Assembly (NCBI GenBank): GCA_964016885.1
Contig: OZ024740.1
Span: 202,988,001 to 203,052,000 of the forward strand
Length of the DNA: 64,000 nucleotides
Source of the DNA: Eledone cirrhosa
Taxonomy: Eukaryota
Direction: 5' to 3'
Positions within the stretch are counted from its first letter, which is position 1, and each line of letters begins with the position of its first letter. Of this stretch, positions 39,546 to 52,938 are shown piece by piece. A program made the position numbers and the translations under genes. The notes beneath the pieces were generated by a model. It searched no databases, was not told where the DNA came from, and saw nothing but the letters and a program-made list of their open reading frames with translations.

Positions 39546-39669
39546 TTCCATACGATCGTTTCGTTATAAGATTTCTACAAGGTGGGAGAAAAAAGTCCAA
39601 GTTATGTAGAAGCTTGCATATGATCAACAGATTTACTTGCAAGTGAGCCCTTATAACTCTTCAGTTGAA
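39546..39669 (-). ncRNA. Type I hammerhead with an extended, branched stem II
   Basis: ttcaa CTGAAGA gttataag...cttataac GAAA cgatcg TA tggaa. Confidence 0.72.
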
Positions 39670-40659
39670 TGCCCAAGCAATATCAATATAAAATATAAAA
39701 AATTATATCGATATTAATATTCAGCGATATTCACCGTCAGTGCTAGAAGAACCACAAAGTTTGAAAGCCCAGCAGTCCTTCAAAAAAAATTTCTCACACT
39801 GTCCCCAAATGGGAAGGGGAGGTTATCGTAAAATATAAAATAATATACACGCAGGTCATTGAACCCTGTTAGGAATCCAAACCACGTGTTAAGAACTCAA
39901 CTGGATAATAAAAAATAAATATATGTACGTATTATTTAAGTATACATATAAATATTTTCTCAGGCAAAATAACAGACATGAGATACAGGCAGAATCAATC
40001 AATATTTCATATAAAAAATAAATAAAGATAGTCATACCTAAATATCTGGAAATTTCATGTCAGGCCATCCAAGATAATAATACTTAATACATTAACAGAG
40101 AAAGCTATTAATATATATGTGATGGCTGCCCCCTCGTTATCGAGTTTGGCCCTTGCACGATATACCATTCATTATTAATAATTATTAGATAAAATAAAGT
40201 ACCAGTAATGTACTGGGTAATTGCTGGCCTTGTGCCTAAAGTAGAAACAATTATTAATTAATTCTATCGTGCAATGCCAGTGCGTGAAGATATTTTTTAA
40301 AGTGAGGAAAGACTGCGCATACATTCACGCAGAGAGTGGAAAAGGTTGGAAGTCTATTGGGTGTTTTTGCCATAGTTTTTTCACTACCACCCTTCCTCCC
40401 TTTTACACACACATACACACATACATTCACACACATACACACATATACTCATACAGAGCTTTGTGCAAAAGTTGAAACGCTGTTTGATTTTTTTTTTTCA
40501 CCGTAGAATTTTCACCATCCCACTTCCATGTGAACTGACACACGGACTAACGGACACGATTCGACTTTATTTATATAGATATATATCAATAGAGAAGAAC
40601 CAAGTTATACTTGAAACATTTTTATTCTATATCTTTACCAGGATCTATATTGAGAAACA

Positions 40660-40860
40660 CCAATATCACCATATATATATGGAAGTCGGACCTTCGTAAA
40701 GACCTGAAGATCCGTCTCTTCGTTGCTGTAGTGGAGTCTGTACTGCTGTACTGGTCTGAGACTTGGACACTGACCTAGAAACTCACTCAGATGGTGGACG
40801 GGTGCTACACGAGAATACGAGAATGCTGAGGATGGCTCTGAACACACACACATATGTGGC
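40660..40860 (+). mobile_element. RTE-type LINE C-terminal fragment
   Basis: LKIRLFVAVVESVLLYWSETWTL..VDGCYTR. Confidence 0.65.
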
Positions 40861-41104
40861 AGACTAAATTGGGCAGACTAAAATTGGACAGACTAAAACA
40901 CTTTGGAAGTCCCTTGGGTGGACAGTACCTATAATTCAAAGGCCTATCCATGTTACACATTGGATCCCACTGAACCTCGTTGACAAGTACGTTAAGGGTA
41001 CACGTGTCTATGGAATGCTCAGCCACTTACACATTAATTTCACAAGTAGGCTGTTCCGTTGATCGAATAACTGGAACACTCATCGCCGAAACCAACGTAA
41101 ATCT

Positions 41105-41310
41105 TTTTATTTCTTGTCCAATTCTTTAAAGTTTTATCTTAGTTTCTTGTCCTATTCTTTTAAAGTTTTATCTTAGTTTCTTGTCCTATTCTTTTAAAGT
41201 TTTATCTTAGTTTCTTGTCCTATTCTTTTAAAGTTTTATCTTAGTTTCTTGTCCTATTCTTTTAAAGTTTTATTTTAGTTTCTTGTCCTGTATTTTTAAA
41301 GGTTTATATT
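41105..41310. repeat. 34-bp tandem repeat, about 6 copies
   Basis: taaagttttatcttagtttcttgtcctattcttt. Confidence 0.9.
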
Positions 41311-41628
41311 CCAACAATATTACTTTTTTTTGCTGTACGCATTTTTCTATCTGATCTACTATTTTTTAAGGCAATGCAAGCAACAACTATCTAATAATTA
41401 AATGATCATAGTGAATTACTAACAAGTGATTGACATTTTAAAGTTCTTTTGAGTATAATTGCAATCTAGTTGAGGCAACTGGCTTAATGACAAAGCTAGT
41501 AAATCATGAATGCATTTGAGATGATTAGTGCATAATAGTGAATTGGTGAAACTTGTGCATTTCAATGGTGTTACAACAATAGATGTAAGTTATATAGTAG
41601 TAATACTTTATCATTTTAACTTTTTAGA

Positions 41629-41988
41629 ATGGACAAAAACCCATGCAAAGAAATGACTTTGACTGCAGTGATTCTCTCCAATTTACTTACAAAGCAAAAC
41701 GTGGTCAAATACCTTATCATCTCTGATAAAATGCCCATTGAATCACTGAAAATCGGATGCATGGAATTCCTCATAAAATGCACCTATGAATCGGAAGCCA
41801 TCACATATATCAATGGATATAGGGAGTTGTTCACACTGGAGGACCATCACTTCATTTGTGACTTCATCAGTTATCTCCACGATTATCTCAGACACCCAAT
41901 GCCATTGATGAGAGGTGATCCAATGTGTGAACATGTAACTAATCTTATAGAAGTTGTTATCGACCACCTGGCTTTTAGTGACATTTGA
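41629..41988 (+). CDS. Possible terminal exon with a BTB-associated (BACK/SPOP C-terminal-like) helical segment
   Basis: Normal-complexity 119-aa ORF directly after acceptor-like tcattttaactttttag; LSNLLTKQNVVKYLIISDK..IESLKIGCMEFL fits the L..eNv...l..ad.....Lk..c..fi pattern. Confidence 0.4.
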   Translation: MDKNPCKEMTLTAVILSNLLTKQNVVKYLIISDKMPIESLKIGCMEFLIKCTYESEAITYINGYRELFTLEDHHFICDFISYLHDYLRHPMPLMRGDPMCEHVTNLIEVVIDHLAFSDI

Positions 41989-42628
41989 CTGATTTGACTG
42001 ATAATGATGTATTTTTTAAAAAGTCTGTGTACATTCTTGTTACTATTTTAAGGCAATGCAAGCAACAACTATTTAATAAAATTTAAATTTAAAAATGACC
42101 ATTGTGCATTACTAGTATGATGACATTTTATTAAGTCACAAAATTAGTCAGTCAGCCATAGAACAAGGATCAGGTGGCAAAAACATTGGCAAAAATTTGT
42201 GTCAATTTAAGATTTCCAACATTGTTCAAATGAATCATATCTGGTTTGAAGTCAGATTTGTCAAATTTTGACCAATTTTCAATGTTGTGAAGATTGGGCA
42301 AGTTCAATTTTTGAATCATTTCTTTCATGCAGTAATTAAACTTTTCCAAACGTCGTCATTTCTGGATTACCTCCCCTAGCGTCACGCTTACTACTCACTC
42401 ACTTGAACACAAGATTTATCAGCAAACTTTGATTATAAACTTTTTCCCGCTGGACCAAATTTCAAGATTTTTAAGCCAAAAGATGCGTAATGATCTACTG
42501 TTCATGCTCATATAAGTTTTATCTCAGTTAAATAAAGTAGAGCCGCGCTGTACTGTCGTAAACAGACGATTGCCAACGAAAACACGACCACTACAATATT
42601 ACTAAACGGACTACCGTCCGTTTAGGAT

Positions 42629-42659
<31 letters not shown>

Positions 42660-42768
42660 CGTGCGCGCGTGTGTGTGTGTGTGTGTGCGTGCGTGCGTGT
42701 GTGTGTATATATATATACACACACGCAATTATATATACGTATGTATGCATATACAATCTGTATATATG

Positions 42769-42842
<74 letters not shown>

Positions 42843-42847
42843 CGTGC

Positions 42848-42878
<31 letters not shown>

Positions 42879-43089
42879 CACACACGCAATTATATATACG
42901 TATGTATGCATATACAATCTGTATATATGTATATATATATGTGTGTGTGTGTGTGTGTATGTCTGTGTGTATGTGTGTGTATATGTGTGTGTATGTGTGT
43001 ATGTGTGTGTGTATATGTGTGTGTATGTGTGTATGTGTGTGTGTATATGTGTGTGTATGTGTGTATGTGTGTGTATTGATTGATAGGTA

Positions 43090-43350
43090 GATACTGACAC
43101 ATATGGCGATGAATTGGCAGTCCAAAGCAAAGCCATGTTCCAACCAACCTCACACAGCGAATAATGTGGTCAATGGTCAGAAGCTACTGACCGTTCACAG
43201 GTTCTCATACATAGGCAGTATACTTTCAAGAACCGCTTATATCAACACAGCAGCTAAATTAAGGGCTTCAGCACCACCTATGGAGTTCAACCTCCAAACC
43301 AAATTAAAGGTCCTTAAGGAACGGTTGTCCTACCAGATTTTGTGTTTACC
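43090..43350 (+). mobile_element. RTE LINE RT-thumb fragment
   Basis: VVNGQKLLTVHRFSYIGSILSR..LQTKLKV. Confidence 0.55.
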
Positions 43351-43989
43351 TTTGAGATGTTCCAGGTCGTATATACCCCATGGCCAGGACCCTAGGCTTT
43401 CAGGTATTTCAGGGTTCCTCAAGTAATCCATTCTTTCAACCACCCTATAGATGAAAACAATTAGCAGCCCTTAATCCTGGCAGGGCCCTTAGGCTTCAGC
43501 CTAGTCAGCCTTATGAATAATACGTCCCTGGAGATATGAACTATTTACAGCAGGCACGTCAAGTAGATCAATAGATTCCAAACTAACTGCAACTCCCCGC
43601 CACCAATTACCCTACCTACTTGCTCTCAAATAACTGAAACCAGTAAAAGTAAAGAAGAATTCAAGGGCAACAGCCATATCAGGAGATTGTGTTTCGTGTA
43701 TTGAAAACCTGGCGGAGACCATCCTGCTTCAGCTTTGAACAGAATTGATTTCTTACGGAGAAAAACAGAGTGGGAGTGAGAGCGAGAGAGAGGAAGTAAA
43801 AAGGATATATAGAGGAGGAATCGACCTCAGTACATTCATCGATCTGGAAAGTCTGAAAGGTGAAGTTGACCATAGTAGTATTTGAACTCCCACTACAGAG
43901 AACTGGAACAAATACCACGAAGGCTGTCTAACGAGTTTAAAAATTCACCGCCATTACGATATCGCCACTTGGGTATAAATTCTCCAGAG

Positions 43990-44125
43990 CTAATCCATGT
44001 TGTTCTGGGGTTAACAAAGGTTGTATAGAGATTATGTTGGTGCTCACGACATTTCTCTTGTACATGGAGTTCTACAAAAGCCATGTTCACTTCACTGCGT
44101 TCCTTTCTAAATCCACACTGGCTTG
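43990..44125 (-). mobile_element. RTE LINE RT fragment
   Basis: SQCGFRKERSEVNMAF..QEKCREHQHNLYTTFV. Confidence 0.65.
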
Positions 44126-44648
44126 AGCTCTGCCGTCGGGGATTCATTCCTTTATCTCAAATTAGAATTCACCACTCGGGCTAAGAACGAAAGACTTGCT
44201 GAAGAAGTAAATCCTATGTTCTGTCGTCAAAAACCATTATATTGCAGACTCCTGCAATAGGAATTTGTCGATCTTGGATTTGCAGAAACTTAGCGCTGAT
44301 GTTGGATGCTATATGTGATCGATATTGTTGATATACGATGTAAGTTATATATTTTGCACTCAGCCTCACCGCTATGTCCGGGTCAGTATAAAATCTTTTC
44401 CTGGGTCCTGTATTTTCGTTGCTCTAGTGATGCGGCTGGACTGCCGACCGCTATATCTGATTTGCTAAGCTATCTGAACGCAATGTTATTACTCTGGGGT
44501 CTTTCCTCATCTGAGTGCTCAAGCTACAAACCGATTATGCATATACGCTAGCTTGGCCGTATTCTAAAGCCTCGTCAATGCTGTACTAAAATTTATATAT
44601 ATATATATATATATATATGTAGGCATGTATATATGTATATATATATAT

Positions 44649-44679
<31 letters not shown>

Positions 44680-44832
44680 CACATACATACATACATACAT
44701 ACATACATACATACATACATTTATATATATATACATATGATGTGAAACGTATTTCAGTAGCAATAAACATACAACAAACAAAAATCAACAGCATGCGGCT
44801 ATATATATATATATCTATATATATATATATAT

Positions 44833-45032
44833 ATTATTATTATGTAATAAACAACATAAGGCAATTATTCCATTTACCAGTGGTTTCTTAAAAGCAAAAG
44901 GTTTTGCTTTCAATCCTCAGAATGAAAAATCCGCATTTTTCATTCTGAGGATTGAAAGCAAAACCTTTTGCTTTTAAGAAACCACTGGTAAATGGAATAA
45001 TTGCCTTATGTTGTTTATTACATAATAATAAT
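44833..45032. repeat. Palindrome, 98-bp arms, 4-nt loop, carrying mirror hammerheads (44868-44927 -, 44938-44997 +)
   Basis: tttcatt CTGAGGA ttgaaagcaaaa-cc-ttttgcttttaa GAAA ccactgg TA aatggaa and its reverse complement. Confidence 0.92.
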
Positions 45033-45099
45033 AATTAAGCTCTGTTGCTTACATAGAGCACTCTTTTTTCCTGGACTTTTCCGATGGAATTACTTCATT

Positions 45100-45207
<108 letters not shown>

Positions 45208-45309
45208 TATATATATATATATGTAAAGTTATATTTAAAATTGTTGGGTTACAACTAGTAAATATTTATAACTGATATAAAAGCACTCGACAAATATTTG
45301 GAGTATATT

Positions 45310-45694
45310 TACAATATTAAATAAATGGAAAACTATATTTATAAAACCATATTTATTTCATTATATATATTTCGGGGATATCATATTAACAATATGCTAT
45401 GCCTTCATCAGACAAAATACAATATAAACAGTTTTATAGATAAATATATTCGACATACCGTAATAAACATCAACTTCATTTGAAGAGGTTTACGCTAGCA
45501 GACTGCTAGCGTAAACCTCTTCAAATGAAGTTGATGTTTATTACGGTATGTCGAATATATTTATCTATAAAACTGTTTATATTGTATTTTGTCTGATGAA
45601 GGCATAGCATATTGTTAATATGATATCCCCGAAATATATATAATGAAATAAATATGGTTTTATAAATATAGTTTTCCATTTATTTAATATTGTA
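45310..45694. repeat. Palindrome, 192-bp arms around a single base (45502), carrying mirror hammerheads (45354-45419 -, 45585-45650 +)
   Basis: tattttgt CTGATGA aggcatagcatatt-gtt-aatatgatatcccc GAAA tatata TA atgaaata; same family as 35481. Confidence 0.92.
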
Positions 45695-45845
45695 TATATA
45701 TATATATATATTTATATATGTAGGAGGTGAGTTTTATTGTAGTACAATAAAGCAATGCAGATATCGGATAAGAAGCACTCTACAGTTTGTAGGACTGGAG
45801 TATACATAATATATAAGATCAAAAGATGGTTAAATGAGTTCCATG

Positions 45846-45916
45846 TATTTTATTATGCGCATTTCAAAAACAAATATCATCATGAAATAACATTTGTGTT
45901 TTCATCAGATAAAATA
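45846..45916 (-). ncRNA. Minimal type I hammerhead
   Basis: tattttat CTGATGA aaacacaaat..atttgttttt GAAA tgcgca TA ataaaata. Confidence 0.85.
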
Positions 45917-46756
45917 GGAGGACATGATATGAAGGTTAAAAAACACTTGTGGATAGTGCAGTTTTAAATCAACATATGAAAAGTAGTTTTAGATTGATGT
46001 GTGATATTTGGAAAAAAATTTGAGGGGGTGGGGGGTGGAAAGGATGAAAAAGAGGAGGAGATGAGAGTAAAAAGTGGAGGGGGAGGAGTATAGTGAGGAA
46101 GGATGAGATAGGAGGAGAGATGGGTGATAGAGAGAGCGAGAGATAGCTTTTATAACTGAGAAAAATATATTGTTTTACATAAAGAGGTTGAAAAAACCGT
46201 TGGAAGATAATGTATAAATTAAAAGAATTTGAAAATTACCGAAGAGAAAAATAATGTAAAGTTAAGGTTTGTATATTGAAGGGTTTAATAATATGTGCGA
46301 TGAAAAGAAATTGTTAATATGTATTAAGAATAATATTTAAGGGTTTAATAATATGTGCGATGGAAAGAAAATGTTAATATGTATTAAGAATAATATTTAA
46401 GGGTTTAATAATATGTGCGATGGAAAGAAAATGTTGATATGCATTATTAAAAAAACAGAAGTAATGTAAGTAAGGATATATTGTGAGATGAGCATGAATA
46501 AGTTAGATGAAAGGGAGAAAAAAATAATGAATAGAGGATGAATAATCTAACGTCAAAAAATGTTTATGTTTACGAAGGATTTTTTCAAGGTGATATGAAG
46601 TAAGAATATGGTGTATTGTGTAATAATTGTTTCTATGTTAGGCACACTGAGAAAAGGTACAGATTAGGGGTTAGAAATTAGGAGTGATGTAGAGTATAAT
46701 AAATATAATAAATAACTTTGAAATAAGGTAGAAAGATGGGTATATTTTTAAAGAAG

Positions 46757-46788
<32 letters not shown>

Positions 46789-47529
46789 CCTTTGAGAAAA
46801 GGATTCTGAATTGATAAAGTTTATCATATTAGCTGTATACTTTATGGAAAATTCTGTGGAATTTATGCAAGCAGATAGAAAACAAGTCAGTGCGTCTATT
46901 TATTATAGAATCTAAATTAGAAATAATGGTAAATTTTTCATTTAGACAGAGATTGCAAGTCTTGGATAGAGAACTGTTCAAGTTTGAAGAAGCAGAGGAA
47001 ACCTTTTTCCAAGAGATGTTATATTTAATATTTTTGTCTTTCAAGGACCATATTATTATTCTTAATACATATTAACATTTTCTTTCCATCGCACATATTA
47101 TTAAACCCTTAAATATTATTCTTAATACATATTAACAATTTCTTTTCATCGCACATATTATTAAACCCTTCAATATACAAACCTTAACTTTACATTATTT
47201 TTCTCTTCGTTAATTTTCAAATTCTTTTAATTTATACATTATCTTCCAACGGTTTTTTCAACCTCTCTATGTAAAACAATATATTTTTCTCAGTTATAAA
47301 ATCTATCTATCTCTCTCTCTATCACCCATCTCTCCTCCTATCTCATCCTTCCTCACTATACTCCTCCCCCTCCACTTTTTACTCTCATCTCCTCCTCTTT
47401 TTCATCCTTTCCACCCCCCACCCCCTCAAATTTTTTTCCAAATATCACACATCAATCTAAAACTACTTTTCATATGTTGATTTAAAACTGCACTATCCAC
47501 AAGTGTTTTTTAACCTTCATATCATGTCC

Positions 47530-47600
47530 TATTTTATCTGATGAAAACACAAATGTTATTGCATGATGATATTTGTTTTTGAAATGCGCATAATAAAATA
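47530..47600 (+). ncRNA. Minimal type I hammerhead (inverted-arm copy)
   Basis: Same as 45846-45916 with one loop substitution; TGCGCA palindrome in loop III. Confidence 0.85.
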
Positions 47601-47665
47601 CATGGAACTCATTTAACCATCTTTTGATCTTATATATTATATATTTATATATATATATATATACA

Positions 47666-47766
<101 letters not shown>

Positions 47767-47861
47767 CCCACATGCTGTTGATTTTTGTTTGTTGTATGTA
47801 TATATATATACATATATACATACAACAAACAAAAATCAACAGCATGTGGGTATATATATAT

Positions 47862-47894
<33 letters not shown>

Positions 47895-47896
47895 CA

Positions 47897-48021
<125 letters not shown>

Positions 48022-48289
48022 GCCGCATGCTGTTGATTTTTGTTTGTTGTATGTTTATTGCTACTGAAATACGTTTCACATCAGTAGCTTAGCTTGGAAA
48101 CTTAACTTAGTAAAGTCAACCCATTGCCATTTAACTGGATTATCTCATGGATTTCAACAGTTATAATGTAATTTTCTTATAATGTCATTCCGTTATTGGG
48201 ATTCTGTTATATGCATGCATGGGCAGCTGCTGGCCTTCCACGAAACACTTTGCTAGACTCCTGCCAAAGGGAGGAATCTTCCACATGTA

Positions 48290-49780
48290 AGCCCATGGGC
48301 AATTACAGTGGTTAGAGTGTTTAGCTGATGATCTTAAGCTCATGAGTTCGAGACCCATACAGGGTAGGGCGTTGTGACCTTGAGCAAGACACATCATTTC
48401 ACGTTGCTCTACTCCACACCACTCCTCTCCACTCCATTCCACACCACACCATACCACTCTACTCCACACCACACCACACTACATCACACCACACCACACT
48501 ACATCACACCACACTACTCCACTCTTCACCAAACAATACCACTCCACTCCACACCATTCCACTCCACACCATTCCACTCCACACCACACCGCACCATACC
48601 ACTCCACACCACACCACTCCACACCACACCACACTACACCACACCACACCACACTACATCACACCACACCACTCCACTCTTCACCAAACAATACCACTCC
48701 ACACCACACCACTCCACTTCACACCACACCACACCATACCACTCCACTCCACACCACACCACTCCACACCACACCACTCCGCATCACACCACTCCACTCC
48801 ATTCCACACCACACCACACCACACCACACTACATCACACCACACCACACCACTCCACTCTTCACTACACCACACCACTCCACTCTACACCACACTACACC
48901 ACTCCACATCATACCACTCCACTCCACACCACACTACATCACACCACACTACTCCACATCACACCACACCACTCCATATCACACCACACCACTCCACTCT
49001 TCACCACACCACACCGCTTCACCCCACACCACACCACTCCACTTCACACCACACCACACCATACCACTCCACTCCACTCCACACCACACCACACCATACC
49101 ACTCCACTCCACACCACTCCACACCACACCACACCACTCCACATCACATCACACCACACCATACCACTCTACTCCACTCCACACCACACCACACTACATC
49201 ACACCACACCACTCCACTCCACACCACACCACTCCACTCCACACCACTCCACTCCACAAAACACCACTCTACTTAGCTGGCAAAAATGAGTTGTACCTGT
49301 AATTCAAATGGCCAGCTTTGTCACACATTGTGTCTCACTGAATCTCCCTGAGAACTACTTGACAGGAGTATCTGAATCTCCCTGAGAACCACGTGAAAGC
49401 AGTATATATGGATCTCCCTGAGAACTACGTAAAAGAAGCATATGAATCTCCCTGAGAACCACGTGAAAGGAATATATATGAAACTCCCTGAGAACTACGT
49501 GAAAGGAGCATATGAATCTCCCTGAGAACTACGTGAAAGGAGCATATGAATCTCCCTGAGAACATGTGAAAGGAGCATATGAATCTCCCTGAGAACTACG
49601 TGAAAGGAGCATATGAATCTCCCTGAGAACCATATGAAAGGAGTATATGAATCTCCCTGAGAACCACGTAAAAGAAGTATAAGGCCAGTGGAATGCTCAG
49701 CCACCAGCACGTTAATTTCACGAGTAGTCTCTTCTTTTCGGACAACTGGCTTATACATTGACGGTGTCCTCGACGGTCTA
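48290..49780 (+). mobile_element. tRNA-SINE expanded by two internal tandem arrays
   Basis: Head cagtggttagagtg..gagttcgagacc..ccttgagcaagacac..cacgttgctct; (CACAC/CACTC)n at 48408-49272; about 32-33-bp gaatctccctgagaactacgtgaaaggagcatat units at 49340-49680; tail matches 1-222. Confidence 0.8.
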
Positions 49781-49959
49781 ATAACTATTCTGTTATAATA
49801 GAATTCTATTATAATGTAATTCTTCTACAACGTAATTCTATTATTACGATATAGCAATAATGTTATTCTAATATAATGTAATTCTGATAAAAGGTAATAT
49901 CGTATATTGCGTAATCATAGCACCAACCCTACACCTATCCCCTTCTCCTACATACTTTA

Positions 49960-51200
49960 TTTTCTTCTTCTTCTTCTTTTCTTCTTCTTCTTTTCTCCTT
50001 TTTCTTCTTCTTTTCTCATTCTTCTTCTTTTCTCATTCTTCTTCTTTTCTCATTCTTCTTCTTTTCTTCTTCTTCTTTTTCTACTTCTTTTCTTCTTCTT
50101 CTTTTCTTCTTTTTCTTCTTTTTCTTCTTTTTCTTCTTTTTCTTCTTTTTCTTCTTTTTCTTCTTTTCTTCTTTTTCTTCTTCTTTTTCTTCTTCTTTTT
50201 CTTCTTCTTTTTCTTCTTCGCCTTTTTCTTCTTCTTTTCTTCTTTTTCTTTTCTCCTCCTTCTTTTCTTTTCTTCTTCTTCTTCTTCTTCTTCTTCTTCT
50301 TCTTTTTCTTCTTCTTTTCTTCTTCTTCTTCTTCTTCTTCTTCTTCTTCTTCTTCTTCTTCTTCTTCTTCTTCTTCTTCTTCTTCTCTTCTTCTTTTTCT
50401 TTTCTCCTCCTTTTCTTTTCTTCTTCTTCCTTTTTTTCTTCTTTTTCTTCTTCTTCATTTCTTCTTCTTCTTCTTCTTCTTCTTCTTCTTCTTCTTCTAC
50501 TACCACCTTCACCAACACTACCACCGCCACTACCACCACCACGTCTACCGCCACTGTAATCACTTACTACCAACTACCAACAACGCAACTACCTCAACTA
50601 TCACCAACAACCACCATTATCTCGACTACCACCACCACAACCATCACTCTCATCACAACAACCACCACTACCACCACCACCATCACCATCACTACCATAA
50701 CTACAACCACCACCACCACCACCACCACTACCACCACTACAACCACCACCACGACTACAACCACCACCATCATAATAACCACCACTACCACCACCACCAC
50801 CACTACAACCACCACCACCACCACCACTACCACCACCACCACCACCACCACTACCACCACCACCCCCACCACTATAACCACCATCACCACAACTACCACC
50901 ACTACCACCACTACCACCACTACAACCACCACCACCACCACCACTACCACCACTACAACCACCACCACCACCACCACCACTACCACCACTACCACCACCA
51001 CTACCACCACCCCCACCACTACCACCACTACCACCACCACTACCACCACCACCACCACTACCACCACCACCACCACCACCACTACCACCACTACCACCAC
51101 CACCAACACTACCACCACTACAACCACCACCACCACGACTACCACCACCACCACCACCACCACTACCACCACCACCAACACTTCCACCACTACCTCCACT
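49960..51200. repeat. (TTC)n tract followed by (CAC/TAC)n tract
   Basis: Seen directly. Confidence 0.95.
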
Positions 51201-51663
51201 ATTCATGTTTTTGTTGTATTTTCCGTTTGTCTCCCCTCAGTTGGTACCCCCCGCCCCACACACTCTTCAAGTCTTTATCATAATGGAATTTATGTAGTAA
51301 TGTAATAACCTTTACTATCTCAACTATACCAACCATTACAGAGAGTTCTACCATTTTATACCACCAACCCACTCTCCTATTTTCTATAGTTTCCATGGTT
51401 TCAATCCAGAAAAAGCAGCCTCTTCCTCCCTATTACGAAGATGGATCCTTCCGTGGTTACTATGATGAGTGAGTATTTAGTAGTTCAATCAACTGCAATA
51501 TCCATTCGTAAATTAGCGCGCGTGGTTGAGTATTCCGCAGACATGTGAACCCTTCACGTAATTTTCTGGCAAGACCAGCGTGACAGAATATGTGATGAAC
51601 GACTTTGTATTACCTGAATTACCGGTACAAACAATCTTGTATTATAAGTTAAAAGGGGTGGTG

Positions 51664-52075
51664 GATTGGCAGTATCGGTAGAGGGTCGGACGCCATGCTT
51701 TGTAACATAGAGTTACGGCCCTTTATGATCTGAGTTCAAATCCCGCCGAGGTTAACTTTTCCTTTCATCCTTACAGGGTTGATAAAATAAAGTTCCACTG
51801 GGTTAATTGCTGGCCTTGTGCCAAAAGTAGAAACAATTATAAGTTATAAGGGGTGTTGGATTGCCAGAATCTGTAGAGCGTCGGACACTATTCTTTGCAG
51901 CATAGTATTACGGCCCTTTACGTTCTGAGATCAAATTCCCGCTGAGGTTTGTTTTGCCTTTCATTCTTACGAGGTCGATAAAATAAAGTACCAGTAATGC
52001 ACTGGGGCCAATTTAATCGACTTTCCCCTCACCCAAGGATTGTTGGCCTGGTGCCTAAATCACAAACCATTATAG
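51664..52075 (+). mobile_element. Two tandem Nin/Deu-like SINEs (51664-51840 family A; 51857-52075 related subfamily)
   Basis: Each has box A/B-like motifs and the cctttcat(c/t)cttac..gataaaataaagt core. Confidence 0.85.
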
Positions 52076-52619
52076 TATAAGTTATTGTGTATTCCACAGA
52101 CACGTGTACTTTAAATGTAATTCTCAGGGAAATTCAGCACAACACAGGGTCTGACAAAACTGTACTTTGAATTACAGGTACAATCCAACCAAAATGTAAC
52201 CATACAATATCAGAGGGAACAGCACCTCTGTGGGCCAGAGGTTGGAGAATGTCAATATGTGTCTTTACACTGACTAGTAATGCTCTGGGGTAATTGCTGG
52301 CCTTGTGCCAAAAAGTAGAAACAATTACTTATTCAAAGTAATCCAACTTATTTTACTAATGGGATAAAAAAAATTATAAACCGTACGCAGTCCCGCGCTC
52401 CTCCCTTTATTATAGTTTAGATTAGCTGAGTGTCGTTTATTTTCAGGAAAAAAGTTGACCACTTTTCTGTCTCGTCTTTTTTTTTCTCCCTCTCAAACAT
52501 ATTTTCTTCTCTGTGTATCTACTTTCTGTTGAAAGACTTGCGTCTGAAACGTTAAACGTCTTTTCTACTTCTAACAAGCGTTATAATGTATTGTCCTCTG
52601 ATAATTATTTTCTTATTTT

Positions 52620-52668
<49 letters not shown>

Positions 52669-52938
52669 GTATATGTATATGTCTCACTTCTTTGGAGAGC
52701 GTTTGGCTTATGTCAGATGGTGTGACCCCGGATGGACCAGCAGTACTGTTGGTAGGCGTCGAAACTGCCCAAGTCCATCTCAACGGCCGATGACCATGGA
52801 GCTTTGTCTCCTTCGTTCATATATTTATTTTACAAAAATAATTCTTTAAGGTTTCCCCTTAAAACAATTGTTTTTCGATTTGTTTTGTTTCCTTTCGTTG
52901 TCTTGTCCTTTGATAATTTTTTAAAGTTTATATATATA

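Larger units (their letters stand above)
39185..40110 (-). mobile_element. Non-coding HHR-containing unit with 31-bp terminal direct repeats (retrozyme/non-autonomous PLE-like)
   Basis: atacttaatacattaacagagaaagctatta at 39185-39215 and 40080-40110; internal HHR; TA-rich flanks. Confidence 0.65.
45720..47640 (-). mobile_element. 5'-truncated Naiad-like PLE with 590-bp inverted pLTR arms (45806-46395 and 47055-47640)
   Basis: GIY-YIG C-terminus at 46829-47050 (ISWKKV..CNLCLNEK..INRRTDLFSICLH); HHR in each arm; 60-bp tandem repeat at 46275-46445. Confidence 0.85.

Noticed and set aside
48374-51283. 300-aa and 458-aa low-complexity ORFs
   Set aside because: Products of pentamer, (TTC)n and (CAC)n tracts.
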